This document shows, one piece after another, positions 17,116-26,283 of a stretch of 32,000 nt of DNA. The first letter of the stretch is position 1. Each line of letters begins with the position of its first letter. The stretch lies in the NCBI RefSeq assembly GCF_014696825.1, contig NZ_JACJQU010000009.1:166094-198093 (forward strand), read 5' to 3'. The DNA is from Anabaena sphaerica FACHB-251 (GTDB lineage Bacteria; Cyanobacteriota; Cyanobacteriia; Cyanobacteriales; Nostocaceae). The position numbers and the translations under genes were made by a program. The notes beneath the pieces were generated by a model that saw only the letters and a program-made list of their open reading frames with translations, did not search any database and was not told the DNA's origin.

Positions 17116-17845
17116 ACTAGATATAGCTTAATTACAGTTGCTTGTTTAGGAAACCCACTAGCTGAAGATTGCGGAATAACTAAAAGATTTGCTTGTGCAA
17201 ATCAACATTCATAACTATTTTGTCCGTCAGGGTGTAGTATTTAATGAAGCTAAACCTCAGATACTTAGTTAGGAATTAGCATTGCTTTTAATGTAATAAT
17301 TAAAACAATTTGTAAGAATAATACGTAATTAGCCATAAATATTTTACTCAAATTTCCTAAAACGGATCATCAAGCGTTCAGAAGCGATGCTTCCAAAGTG
17401 CTATAGCTTCGCTCTCTTCGAGACGCTTCGCGAACGCCGCAGGCATCGCACTTTAGCTAAAGTTAAGTGAGGTATTCTTTGTCCCTCAACCGGCTCCACA
17501 GGCAGAGTCAGGTAAAGTAGAATTTATAATTGCTCAGAACCTCCAGTCCTCAACGAAAGAAGGCATCACCCCAGTTACACTTCAGGGATATTTTGAAAAC
17601 TGTAGTCGCCAATTGTGCGTTAGATAAGTTAAAGATGGAAATATCTAAGCAATTTACATTTTGCATTGCCATTTCCAGTCTTCTGGGGCTGACTGTACCT
17701 AAAGTTGAAAGAATTTTCACCCTTTTGGGCAGTTTGTGTAAGGATAAAATCACTGCTTAGGCGTGATATTTCATCTTGACATTTCGCCAAAATTATCTCA
17801 ACTTGACTGTTTAGCTTCAAAGCTATTCTTTTTTTTGAAATTTCC

Positions 17846-20497
17846 ATGTCAACTCTCGTCATCGTCGAATCTCCAACCAAAGCTCGTACCATTCGCAACT
17901 ACCTGCCCAAAGACTATCGGGTAGAAGCGTCAATGGGTCACGTGCGTGACCTCCCCCAGTCGGCTAGTGAAATTCCTGCTGCTGTCAAAGGGGAAAAATG
18001 GGCGCAGCTTGGGGTGAATATAGAAGCCGACTTTGAACCGGTGTATGTCGTCCCCAAGGACAAAAAGAAAATTGTCACTCAGCTGAAAGATGCCCTCAAA
18101 GGTGTTGATGAATTGATTTTGGCAACTGACGAAGACCGGGAAGGTGAAAGCATCAGTTGGCATTTATACCAATTGCTGAAGCCAAAAGTGCCTACTAAGC
18201 GAATGGTGTTTCACGAAATTACCCAGGAAGCTATTAAAAAAGCTTTGACAGACTGCCGTAATATTGATGAGCAATTGGTTCGCGCCCAAGAAACTAGACG
18301 AATTTTAGATCGACTGGTGGGATACACCCTATCGCCCTTGCTCTGGAAAAAAATCGCTTGGGGATTATCCGCAGGAAGAGTGCAATCTGTAGCGGTGCGG
18401 CTGTTGGTCAATAAGGAACGCCAACGCCGTGCTTTCCATGAAGGTACATATTGGGATTTGAAAGCCAGTTTATTGCAGGAAAAAAGCCCCTTTAGCGCCC
18501 AGTTGGTGACTTTTGGAGGTACTAAAGTTGCTACAGGCAGCGATTTTGATCCCACAACGGGACAAATAACCGCTGGACGCAATGTGGTGCTGCTGAATGA
18601 GGAACAAGCTTTAGAACTGAAGGAACGTCTGGAGGGTAAAACCTGGACTGTGACGGATATGGAAGAACGTCCAGTTACCCGTAAACCTTCACCACCGTTT
18701 ACTACCTCGACGCTGCAACAAGAATCTAACCGCAAGTTGCGTCTTTCAGCACGGGATACAATGCGGGTTGCTCAGAATTTGTACGAGCAAGGGTATATTA
18801 CCTATATGCGTACAGATTCGGTGCATTTGTCAGATCAAGCGATCGCTGCTGCTCGCAGTTGTGTGGAACAAAAGTACGGTAAGCAATATCTCAGCCCCCA
18901 ACCCAGACAATACACCACTAAATCCAAAGGCGCACAAGAAGCACACGAAGCCATCCGCCCCGCTGGTAGCACTTTCCGCACACCCCAAGAAACGGGTTTA
19001 GGCGGAAGGGAATTTGCAGTATATGATTTAATTTGGAAGCGTACTGTAGCTTCACAAATGGCTGATTCTCGCCAGACCCAAATTACTGTCCAACTGCTAG
19101 TTGAAGATGCAGGTTTTCGTTCTTCTGGGAAACGCATTGATTTTCCAGGCTACCTACGCGCCTACGTCGAAGGGTCTGATGATCCCGAAGCCGCATTAGA
19201 AGACCAAGAAGTAATTTTACCACCCCTCAAAGTCGGAGATCATCCCACTTGCACAGAACTGGAAGCTGTGGGACACGAAACCCAGCCTCCCGCTAGGTAC
19301 ACCGAAGCTAGTCTGGTAAAAACTTTAGAAAGTGAAGGTATTGGTCGTCCTAGTACCTATGCCAGCATTATTGGTACGATCATCGATAAAGGTTATGCTC
19401 AGTTGGTGAGTAATGCTTTAATTCCTACTTTTACGGCTTTTGCTGTCACCGACTTGCTGGAGAAGCATTTCCCCGATATTGTTGATCCTAGCTTTACCTC
19501 GAAAATGGAGCAAACCCTCGATGATATTGCTACAGGTGAAGCTAAGTGGCTACCTTACCTCCAGAAATTTTATCTGGGAGAACATGGTTTAGAAACCTTG
19601 GTGAGAGAACAGGAAAGTCAAATTGATGCGACTAAAGCCAGAACTGTAGAACTAGAAAACTTAGATGCTAAAGTCCGCATTGGTAAATATGGTCCTTACA
19701 TCGAAGTAGAAAATGGTGAAGGTGTGGTGACAGCGTCTATTCCTAAAGACCTCACACCCGCTGACCTCAACCCCAAACAGGTAGAAGTCCTGCTGCGCCA
19801 AAAAACTACCGGGCCTGACCAGGTGGGACGACATCCCGAAACTGGTGAACCAATTTATGTGAAAATTGGCACTTATGGACCTTATGTGCAGTTGGGTGAT
19901 AAAACCGAGGAAAATCCTAAGCCTAAACAAGCTTCCTTCCCCAAAGGGGTAACACCGGAAAATCTCACATTAGAGGTAGCTGTGGGGCTGTTGGCATTAC
20001 CTCGAACCTTGGGAGTACATCCGGTGACGGGAGGAAAAATACAAGCTAGTTTAGGACGGTTTGGTCCCTATGTGGTTCATGACCAAGGCAAGGAAGGAAA
20101 AGATTATCGTTCTCTCAAAGCGGCTGATAATGTATTGACGATTTCCCTAGAGCGTGCGTTGGAGTTATTGGCAGAACCAAAAAAGGGGCGTAGTTCTAGC
20201 AGCAGTAAATCTAAAGCAGCTTTACGGGAACTGGGTACTCATCCAGATGATGATGCATCTGTAAATATTTACGATGGCCCTTATGGTCCTTATATTAAGC
20301 ATGGCAAAACTAATGTCAGTCTTCCAGAAGGTCAGTCAGTGGAAACTATCACCCTGTCAGCTGCACTAGAATTGCTGCAAGCTAAAGCATCTACTAAATC
20401 TACAAGCAGAACAAGTAAATCAACGACTTCTAAAACTAAGTCAAGTACGACCAAATCATCAACTACTAGAGGGAAAAAGAAAGAAGCATCAAATTAG
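17846..20497 (+). CDS. topA: DNA topoisomerase I (type IA)
   Basis: Toprim N-terminus ([22 protein letters not shown]) and active-site region [10 protein letters not shown]. The four C-terminal G(K/T/R/P)(Y/F)GPY(I/V) repeats contain no Cys, so they are not zinc ribbons. The protein ends in a Lys/Ser/Thr-rich tail. Confidence 0.95.
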   Translation: MSTLVIVESPTKARTIRNYLPKDYRVEASMGHVRDLPQSASEIPAAVKGEKWAQLGVNIEADFEPVYVVPKDKKKIVTQLKDALKGVDELILATDEDREGESISWHLYQLLKPKVPTKRMVFHEITQEAIKKALTDCRNIDEQLVRAQETRRILDRLVGYTLSPLLWKKIAWGLSAGRVQSVAVRLLVNKERQRRAFHEGTYWDLKASLLQEKSPFSAQLVTFGGTKVATGSDFDPTTGQITAGRNVVLLNEEQALELKERLEGKTWTVTDMEERPVTRKPSPPFTTSTLQQESNRKLRLSARDTMRVAQNLYEQGYITYMRTDSVHLSDQAIAAARSCVEQKYGKQYLSPQPRQYTTKSKGAQEAHEAIRPAGSTFRTPQETGLGGREFAVYDLIWKRTVASQMADSRQTQITVQLLVEDAGFRSSGKRIDFPGYLRAYVEGSDDPEAALEDQEVILPPLKVGDHPTCTELEAVGHETQPPARYTEASLVKTLESEGIGRPSTYASIIGTIIDKGYAQLVSNALIPTFTAFAVTDLLEKHFPDIVDPSFTSKMEQTLDDIATGEAKWLPYLQKFYLGEHGLETLVREQESQIDATKARTVELENLDAKVRIGKYGPYIEVENGEGVVTASIPKDLTPADLNPKQVEVLLRQKTTGPDQVGRHPETGEPIYVKIGTYGPYVQLGDKTEENPKPKQASFPKGVTPENLTLEVAVGLLALPRTLGVHPVTGGKIQASLGRFGPYVVHDQGKEGKDYRSLKAADNVLTISLERALELLAEPKKGRSSSSSKSKAALRELGTHPDDDASVNIYDGPYGPYIKHGKTNVSLPEGQSVETITLSAALELLQAKASTKSTSRTSKSTTSKTKSSTTKSSTTRGKKKEASN

Positions 20498-21106
20498 GGA
20501 CTAGGGAGATGGGAAATTCCGAGATTTTACTCCTTACCCTTTCCCTTATCCTTGTGATAATCTAATAAGTAAGCAAGAACACAAAACCAAATTTTCACTT
20601 GGTTTATGGGGCCGTTCAGTCAGCGTAAAACTCAGTCCCTTTAGGGCTGAGATAGAAGCTATTTGTGCGATTTTAATCGCTCAATTCTTTGACTCTGCTT
20701 GCTTAGTATGTGATATAATTAGCGCAAGACCGAAAGTTAGTATAACTAAACAACGTAAAAACTTAACTAGATTGGTTGAGTGCGTAGTCTCACATAAAAG
20801 TGTAGCAGTTTAGAAAAGCTAGATTGAGGGCATACTTCCGCTAAACAGAAACTTTGTTGTGTACGGTAGGGCATACCGAAACTTAGGCTTGGGGAGAAGA
20901 TAACTCTACTTTGGTTGGCGCAATCCTGTCAGAGTAAGTAGTAACTTCGGTAAACCAAGAATCTCACTGTCTTTAGACCTGAGAGTGCCAAGTCTTAGAA
21001 TACAGGAATGTATCAGCCTGATTAGAAACGAAAAGTGCGACAATTAGCCCGTTTCTATGATCCTGTTAATCAAAATTGAGGTAGTATCTCAGGAGCGTTC
21101 AGTTCA

Positions 21107-21244
21107 ATGGACTATATAGAAAAGGTACTGGAAAAGCTTAAAGAATTAGCGCGGAAGCTAGTTGAAGCCTTGCTGGGGCCAGAGGCTGAACCGGAGCCGG
21201 AACTAATTCCGATTCCTGTGAATGAACGTTACCGTCGGCGCTAA
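21107..21244 (+). CDS. Possible small ORF (45 aa) upstream of aroQ
   Basis: [45 protein letters not shown], with AGGAG 10-16 nt upstream of the ATG. Support is the ORF and ribosome-binding site only. Confidence 0.3.
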   Translation: MDYIEKVLEKLKELARKLVEALLGPEAEPEPELIPIPVNERYRRR

Positions 21245-21722
21245 TGACCTCAAGGTATTGGAGTTAACCTTGGCAATTTTAAGTATTTTAGTACTGCACG
21301 GACCAAACCTCAATTTACTAGGACAGCGAGAACCGGGAATTTACGGTTCTCTCACCCTAGAGGAAATTAACCACTTGTTAGCAGCGGAAGCTTTCAAGTT
21401 AGAGGTTAAGGTTACCGCCTTGCAGTCAAATCATGAAGGAGTTTTGCTGGATGCAATTCACGGGGCATTAGGACAATACCAGGGAATTGTGATTAATGCC
21501 GGGGCATATACTCATACCAGTCTAGCTCTCAGAGATGCGATCGCTGCTGTGAATTTACCTGTAGTAGAGGTACATCTGAGCAATATTTACCGCCGAGAAG
21601 ACTTTCGTCATCATTCTTACATAGCCCCCGTGGTAATTGGCCAAATCAGTGGTTTTGGTGTCCAAAGTTATTTGTTGGGTTTACAAGCACTGGTACATCA
21701 TCTGAAAAAAGATGAAGTTTAA
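21222..21722 (+). CDS. aroQ: Type II 3-dehydroquinate dehydratase
   Basis: [39 protein letters not shown] and HLSNIYRRE are canonical AroQ motifs. The true start is probably the TTG at 21270, preceded by GGAG, rather than 21222. Confidence 0.9.
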   Translation: MNVTVGANDLKVLELTLAILSILVLHGPNLNLLGQREPGIYGSLTLEEINHLLAAEAFKLEVKVTALQSNHEGVLLDAIHGALGQYQGIVINAGAYTHTSLALRDAIAAVNLPVVEVHLSNIYRREDFRHHSYIAPVVIGQISGFGVQSYLLGLQALVHHLKKDEV

Positions 21723-21769
21723 GAGTATGTGTAGATTTTGGCTTTTGGAAGAAATACTTAAATAAATAT

Positions 21770-21804
21770 AAAATCCAAAATCTAAAATCTAAAATCTAAA
21801 ATTT
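21770..21804. repeat. Heptamer tandem repeat, (AAAATCY)x5
   Basis: aaaatcc aaaatct aaaatct aaaatct aaaattt is read directly, ending 2 nt before the next gene's ATG. Confidence 0.9.
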
Positions 21805-21806
21805 AT

Positions 21807-22739
21807 ATGCGTTATTCTCTCGTAAATCGGGTTAGAGGCACTTTCCTGGGAGCATTGCTAGGGGAAAGCTTAACTACTCAGAATGCTTGTAATTTAGGGG
21901 AAATTGCGGTTCTGGGTAGTGAAAGTTTAATTATATTGGGTAGATTAGATGTAGATGATTGGTTAAAGCGTTGCCAAAAAGCATCCGTTGATTTAGAAAG
22001 TAGTAATACTGCTTGGGCAAAAATAATTTTAGCCGCCTTACCAGTGGCGATTTTTTTTCACGAAGATCCTATTAAACTCAAATACAATTTGCTGCAAGTA
22101 TTACACATTTGGAATCCGCAGCCAGTGGTAACAGATGCGGCTTTAATTATGGGATATGCGATCGCCAAATCTCTGACAGAAAAACTCGATCCTTTGACCC
22201 TTATTTCCCAAACTATTTCTTTTTTGGGAGAAACCGAAACATTATTACCACAAAAATTATTAAAAGTCAATACTTTATTAGAGCAAGGGGCGGGATTAGA
22301 ACAGGCGCGAACCGAATTCAGTAGGCAAGAAAAAATAAGTAACAATATTGCATTAGCCTTTTACTGCTTTCTGAGTACCTTAGAAGATTTCCGGCTGACA
22401 GTTTTGCGGGCTACTGATAATTCTGGAAGGCAAGACTATTGGTATTTAGGCTCTCAGTCCACAGTTGCGTTTACTGGAGCCTTATCAGGGGCATATAACA
22501 GTACATTAGGTATTCCTGTCAATTGGCAAATTTTATTATCATCTGGCGATCAACCAGTATGGGGAATGAGCAGCTTTTCCCAGATGTTAAAGTTAGCTGA
22601 TGCCCTTGTGGCAGTCTGGTCAGGTGCGTATAATATGACTCCAAATACCAAGGAGTTCACAAAAGAAGGATGTGACATAAATTGGGAATTGGCTCCACTT
22701 TCTATCTTCGCTGCACCTCGTGTAATTCGCCCGCGTTGA
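21807..22739 (+). CDS. ADP-ribosylglycohydrolase-like protein with substituted metal-binding motifs
   Basis: The N-terminal NRVRGTFLGALLGESL resembles DRxxGxLLGxAxGDALG. The C-terminal GSQSTVAFTGALSGAYNSTLGIPVNW resembles GGDTDTxAAIAGALAGAxxGxxxIPxxW. The Asp/Thr ligand positions are replaced. Confidence 0.55.
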   Translation: MRYSLVNRVRGTFLGALLGESLTTQNACNLGEIAVLGSESLIILGRLDVDDWLKRCQKASVDLESSNTAWAKIILAALPVAIFFHEDPIKLKYNLLQVLHIWNPQPVVTDAALIMGYAIAKSLTEKLDPLTLISQTISFLGETETLLPQKLLKVNTLLEQGAGLEQARTEFSRQEKISNNIALAFYCFLSTLEDFRLTVLRATDNSGRQDYWYLGSQSTVAFTGALSGAYNSTLGIPVNWQILLSSGDQPVWGMSSFSQMLKLADALVAVWSGAYNMTPNTKEFTKEGCDINWELAPLSIFAAPRVIRPR

Positions 22740-22746
22740 AAAATCA

Positions 22747-22854
22747 GGCGTTGCTAAGAGTATGATTTTGTTTCACGCAGAGGCGCTCCAGTCACAGAGA
22801 GTAAGAGTTTGAAATCATTGATTTTTCAATTTCATACCCTAATTCAGCAACGCC
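22747..22854. mobile_element. MITE-like element of about 108 bp with terminal inverted repeats
   Basis: ggcgttgct..gtatga (22747-22765) pairs with tcatac..agcaacgcc (22832-22854). The interior contains tttcacgcagaggcgc...cacagagagtaagag, resembling short dispersed repeats I associate with Nostoc intergenic regions. Confidence 0.45.
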
Positions 22855-23100
22855 AAAACTTTGTACCTCACGAGCATGGGAACTGCTATATGTATATTTG
22901 GAGTCAACTGCTACAATTGACACAAGCCAATCAGTGAGAGGTTAGTTAATCAACAGTAAATAATCGCTGTGGTATATATAGTCGTTTGGGTTGTCTTGGG
23001 AAAAAACTGTATATAGTAGGTGAGGTTAATAATTCATGGAGCAGTAGTTACGATTGTCTTGTTTTAGGCTATCAAAGTAAGCAACTACCAGCCAGAGGTA

Positions 23101-25767
23101 ATGAAAACGCAGCGATTTTTGCAGTCCTTGACCCGGCAATTGCGGCAATTGCGGCGACAGTACAAAGTGTTATGCCGTCAAGGAAAGTGGCTTGGTTTGG
23201 TGAGCAGTTCCAGGAGTCAAAGTAGTCATAAAAAACTTTTCAGAACGATTATTCGGAATATACTGTTGTATTTATTACCCACTAGTGAGGAAGGTGGACA
23301 CCGACAAGGAAGGAAAGCTCCTCAATCAACTGCAAAATCTTTGACCAGTAATCATGGCATTTATGCAGTTGTTTTCCGCTGGTTACATCAACAGCGTTCT
23401 GCGGTGATTTTGGTCATTGCTGTGGTAACTTTAACAGGTGTAATGGGGCATGAATTATACAACCAGCCCCAGATGAAAATTGGGACTATTGCACCACAAA
23501 CCTTTATTGCTCCATATTCTGCAAGTATCGAAGATCAGCAACAAACGGAAGCAGAACGCAAATTAGCACAGGCGAATTCTCACCCTGTATTGATGATAAA
23601 TACCCAGAAAAATGAGCAAATTAACGAAAATTTGCGCCAACTGCTGGAAGATGCGAATGAACTTCGTGCTATTGCTGGATCTTTTCCTTTTTTCGATGTT
23701 TCAATCTTGTCTATTCCTACCCAGCGATATCTTCGTTCTTGTGTGCCATCAGAATGGGAAAAGCTAAAACTAGCTTTAGAAAATTATCAGAAACAAATTT
23801 ATCCGTCGATACCTAAGTCAAGGACAGCAGACAGATACCAATTTTCTAGGTCGTTGCCTAGTCCTTTGTCACGCTTATCGACAGATGCAATTAAAGAGGA
23901 AAGTAAGATTGGCAAACCTGATTTTGATCAAGCATTAGCAGAACTAAAAGCTTATAGCATCACTACCCCAAATAAAAATCTATCTTTACTTATGACCCAA
24001 ATATCCCAAATCAGAGCAGGATATGGTCAAGCTAGTGCCAAACTTTTACAGATGGAGGCTGAAAGGAAACAAGCAGTATACGGGGAAACGGTGCTTTTGG
24101 ATCTGTCAGATGAAGACTGGACAAAAACACAAATGGGAATCCATCAAAGCGCAGAACGGATACTTACCCAAGGCATACCACCAGGACTACCGCGCAGTAT
24201 TTTACAGGATGCGGTGAATCTACAACTACAACTCTCTGTACCTGGTGAAGCTGAATTCTTAGCAACTAAAGTATTGTTGACTGTACTGCGGCCGAATCTC
24301 CAGCAAGATGTAGAACAAACAAAACAACAGGCTCAACTAGCAGCAGAACAAGTGGCATCTGTAATGCAAAAGGTGCGTCAAGGAGAAGTGATTCTCAAGA
24401 AAGGGGAGCGGATTACAGCATGGAAATTTGATGTCCTGGATTATTATAACTTGAATCGCCGAGAGGTGAATTGGCTGGGTTTGAGTCTTTTAGCAGGTTT
24501 GGTTATTGCTGCTATTGGCGTTTTTGCGTGGGTGGAACGGCGGCTTGGTAGTCATTTGCGAGAAAGCGATCGCTTGTTGATATTACTCCTAACTCTGAGT
24601 ATTCCTAGTGTTTTGGCGATGGGTGTACCTTATGCTACGTGGAGTGCAATCGGTTTATTATTGGGAAGCTTTTACGGCGGTACTTTGGGAGTGACTGTGG
24701 TAGGGCTAATGTCGTTAATACTACCCATTACTATAGAGATTAATAAGATTGGACTAGTCGCTGGTGCTGCGGGGGGAATCTTGAGTAGTTATTTGGCTCA
24801 AAGGTTCAAATCCCGCGAAGAATTGGCGTTATTAGGTATTGTGATTGCTTTAACTCAAGGAAGTATTTATTTATTTCTGAATATACTTGTTGGTGCAGCA
24901 TTTGTTCACGCTTGGTATACGATTCTGCAAAATGCGCTGTTATTTGGTTTATCTGGTTTGGCTTGGAGTATTATCGCTTTGGGTTTAAGTCCTTATCTGG
25001 AAACATTGTTTGATTTAATTACGCCTATCCGATTGGCAGAACTAGCTAATCCTAATCGTGCTTTGTTAAAGCGACTGGCTACGGAAACTCCGGGAACTTT
25101 TCAACATACTTTGTTTGTGGCGACTTTGGCGGAGGCTGCGGCGAAAAAGCTGCGCTGCAATGTTGAGTTGGTCAGGGCTGGGACACTATACCATGATATT
25201 GGCAAAATGCACGACCCATTGGGATTTATTGAAAATCAAATGGGGGGTCCAAATAAACATGAGACGGAAATTAAAGATCCTTGGAAGAGTGCAGCCATTA
25301 TTAAGAAGCACGTAACTGAGGGTTTGGTAATGGCTAAGAAGCATAGTTTACCGACGGCGATTCAAGCTTTTATTCCTGAACATCAAGGAACAATGGCGAT
25401 CGCTTATTTTTATCACCAGGCACAGCAAATGGCTAAGGACGACCCTAGTATCATATTAGATCAAGCTGATTTTTGCTATGATGGACCTATTCCCCAATCT
25501 AGGGAAACAGGAATTGTCATGTTAGCTGATTCCTGTGAAGCCGCGTTGCGAAGTCTTAAAGATGCGACTCCAGAACAAGCATTAAGTATGCTGAATAATA
25601 TTATCCGTGCTAAATGGCAAGAGGGGCAATTGGTAGATTCGGGATTGACGAGGGAGGAAATGCCAAAAATTGCTCAACTTTTTGTGGAAGTTTGGCAACA
25701 ATTTCATCATAAACGTATTGCTTATCCTAAGTCAAAAACTAGTAATGATAAATCGGGTAATAGTTAA
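23101..25767 (+). CDS. 7TM-receptor HD-domain phosphohydrolase (7TMR-HDED/PgpH family)
   Basis: It has a large extracytoplasmic N-domain, about seven transmembrane helices (residues roughly 455-640), and then an HD domain (TFQHTLFVATLAE, LYHDIGK, PEHQGT, MLADSCEAALRS). Confidence 0.9.
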   Translation: MKTQRFLQSLTRQLRQLRRQYKVLCRQGKWLGLVSSSRSQSSHKKLFRTIIRNILLYLLPTSEEGGHRQGRKAPQSTAKSLTSNHGIYAVVFRWLHQQRSAVILVIAVVTLTGVMGHELYNQPQMKIGTIAPQTFIAPYSASIEDQQQTEAERKLAQANSHPVLMINTQKNEQINENLRQLLEDANELRAIAGSFPFFDVSILSIPTQRYLRSCVPSEWEKLKLALENYQKQIYPSIPKSRTADRYQFSRSLPSPLSRLSTDAIKEESKIGKPDFDQALAELKAYSITTPNKNLSLLMTQISQIRAGYGQASAKLLQMEAERKQAVYGETVLLDLSDEDWTKTQMGIHQSAERILTQGIPPGLPRSILQDAVNLQLQLSVPGEAEFLATKVLLTVLRPNLQQDVEQTKQQAQLAAEQVASVMQKVRQGEVILKKGERITAWKFDVLDYYNLNRREVNWLGLSLLAGLVIAAIGVFAWVERRLGSHLRESDRLLILLLTLSIPSVLAMGVPYATWSAIGLLLGSFYGGTLGVTVVGLMSLILPITIEINKIGLVAGAAGGILSSYLAQRFKSREELALLGIVIALTQGSIYLFLNILVGAAFVHAWYTILQNALLFGLSGLAWSIIALGLSPYLETLFDLITPIRLAELANPNRALLKRLATETPGTFQHTLFVATLAEAAAKKLRCNVELVRAGTLYHDIGKMHDPLGFIENQMGGPNKHETEIKDPWKSAAIIKKHVTEGLVMAKKHSLPTAIQAFIPEHQGTMAIAYFYHQAQQMAKDDPSIILDQADFCYDGPIPQSRETGIVMLADSCEAALRSLKDATPEQALSMLNNIIRAKWQEGQLVDSGLTREEMPKIAQLFVEVWQQFHHKRIAYPKSKTSNDKSGNS

Positions 25768-25774
25768 TAGATAA

Positions 25775-25838
25775 GCGATCGCTTTTTTTGCTATCAGAGC
25801 CAAATTAGGCGATCGCACCTCTTCAAAAATGCGATCGC
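25775..25838. repeat. Three HIP1 octamers (GCGATCGC) within 64 bp; the first is followed by a T-run and may act as a weak terminator
   Basis: GCGATCGC occurs at 25775-25782, 25809-25816 and 25831-25838. The first lies in aagcgatcgcttttttt. Confidence 0.8.
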
Positions 25839-25848
25839 CCTCATCTGT

Positions 25849-26112
25849 CTATATTTTGTTTTTTAGCAAATCAACTATAACCGTACTCCATTTAACTTGA
25901 AATCCACAATGATTATTTTTACCTGTGTAGGGCAGTATTACACTTAATCCTCTACCCAATATAGTTGGTTGCCACAGATTAGCAGCTTTGTACTGTAACT
26001 GCATTTCTTGAAGTAGTTGATTAACCTTAATAGCACTAATTTTTTTACTAGTGAGTTTTTCTAATTCTCTACCAATTTCTGTGGGAGTTAAGAATTGAGT
26101 TTGCACTGTCAT
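25849..26112 (-). CDS. Small (87 aa) putative DNA-binding protein, divergent from the NB-ARC operon
   Basis: LTPTEIGRELEKLTSKKISAIKVNQLLQEMQL looks like a helix-turn-helix. GAGG lies 9 nt upstream of the ATG. It shares an intergenic region containing palindromes. Confidence 0.5.
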   Translation of the reverse strand: MTVQTQFLTPTEIGRELEKLTSKKISAIKVNQLLQEMQLQYKAANLWQPTILGRGLSVILPYTGKNNHCGFQVKWSTVIVDLLKNKI

Positions 26113-26150
26113 TTGATGTAACCTCGGTAACGTTAGTTAGAGGTTATGAT

Positions 26151-26252
26151 TTGGGAATTTCCCAAGGCAAGAATCGGTTAACTAAGGCTGGAAGTCTTGT
26201 ATAATAGTAAATACAGAGTTTGGGAACTTGTTTATCTTTGGGAATTCCCAAA
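26151..26252. promoter_or_regulatory. Divergent promoter region with two palindromic operator-like sites, TTGGGAA(N0-1)TTCCCAA
   Basis: ttgggaatttcccaa lies at 26151-26165 and tttgggaattcccaaa at 26237-26252, with a half-site gtttgggaac at about 26218-26227. A TATAAT at 26200-26205 has TTAACT about 16 nt upstream. Confidence 0.55.
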
Positions 26253-26283
26253 CTTTTTTACAAAAAATTATTATACTCAGTCT

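Noticed and set aside
17373-17455. GC-rich patch (gcgttcagaagcgatgcttcc...gacgcttcgcgaacgccgcaggcatcgcacttt) in the AT-rich topA upstream spacer; considered as a tRNA, ncRNA or mobile-element end.
   Set aside because: There is no cloverleaf and no T-loop GTTCRANNC. The complementary segments (GCGTTC/GAACGC, GCGATGC/GCATCGC) are interleaved rather than nested, so no simple hairpin forms. It most resembles the short GC-rich dispersed repeats of Nostoc genomes; a related-looking piece lies at 7690-7712. I cannot confirm copy number without a genome search.
17530-17898. Track ORFs 17530-17760 (+), 17550-17753 (-) and 17629-17898 (-) upstream of topA.
   Set aside because: They overlap one another on both strands, have no recognisable motifs or ribosome-binding sites, and one runs into the topA start. 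They are most likely chance ORFs in a spacer.
22986-23225. 79-aa ORF overlapping the start of the 7TM-HD gene.
   Set aside because: It has no recognisable domain, overlaps a well-supported gene in another frame, and has low-complexity composition. It is likely spurious.
25773-25789. aagcgatcgcttttttt, considered as a strong intrinsic terminator for the 7TM-HD gene.
   Set aside because: The palindrome is only 12 nt with no loop, so the effective stem is about 4 bp around GATC. It is really a HIP1 site followed by a T-run. I kept it only as a weak possibility inside the HIP1-cluster feature.
26197-26283. N-terminal extension (TTG start at 26197) of the small ORF upstream of the NB-ARC gene.
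   Set aside because: The extension would be translated from the TATAAT box and the palindromic operator-like sites, and it uses a TTG. The first ATG at 26284 gives a more sensible gene model.
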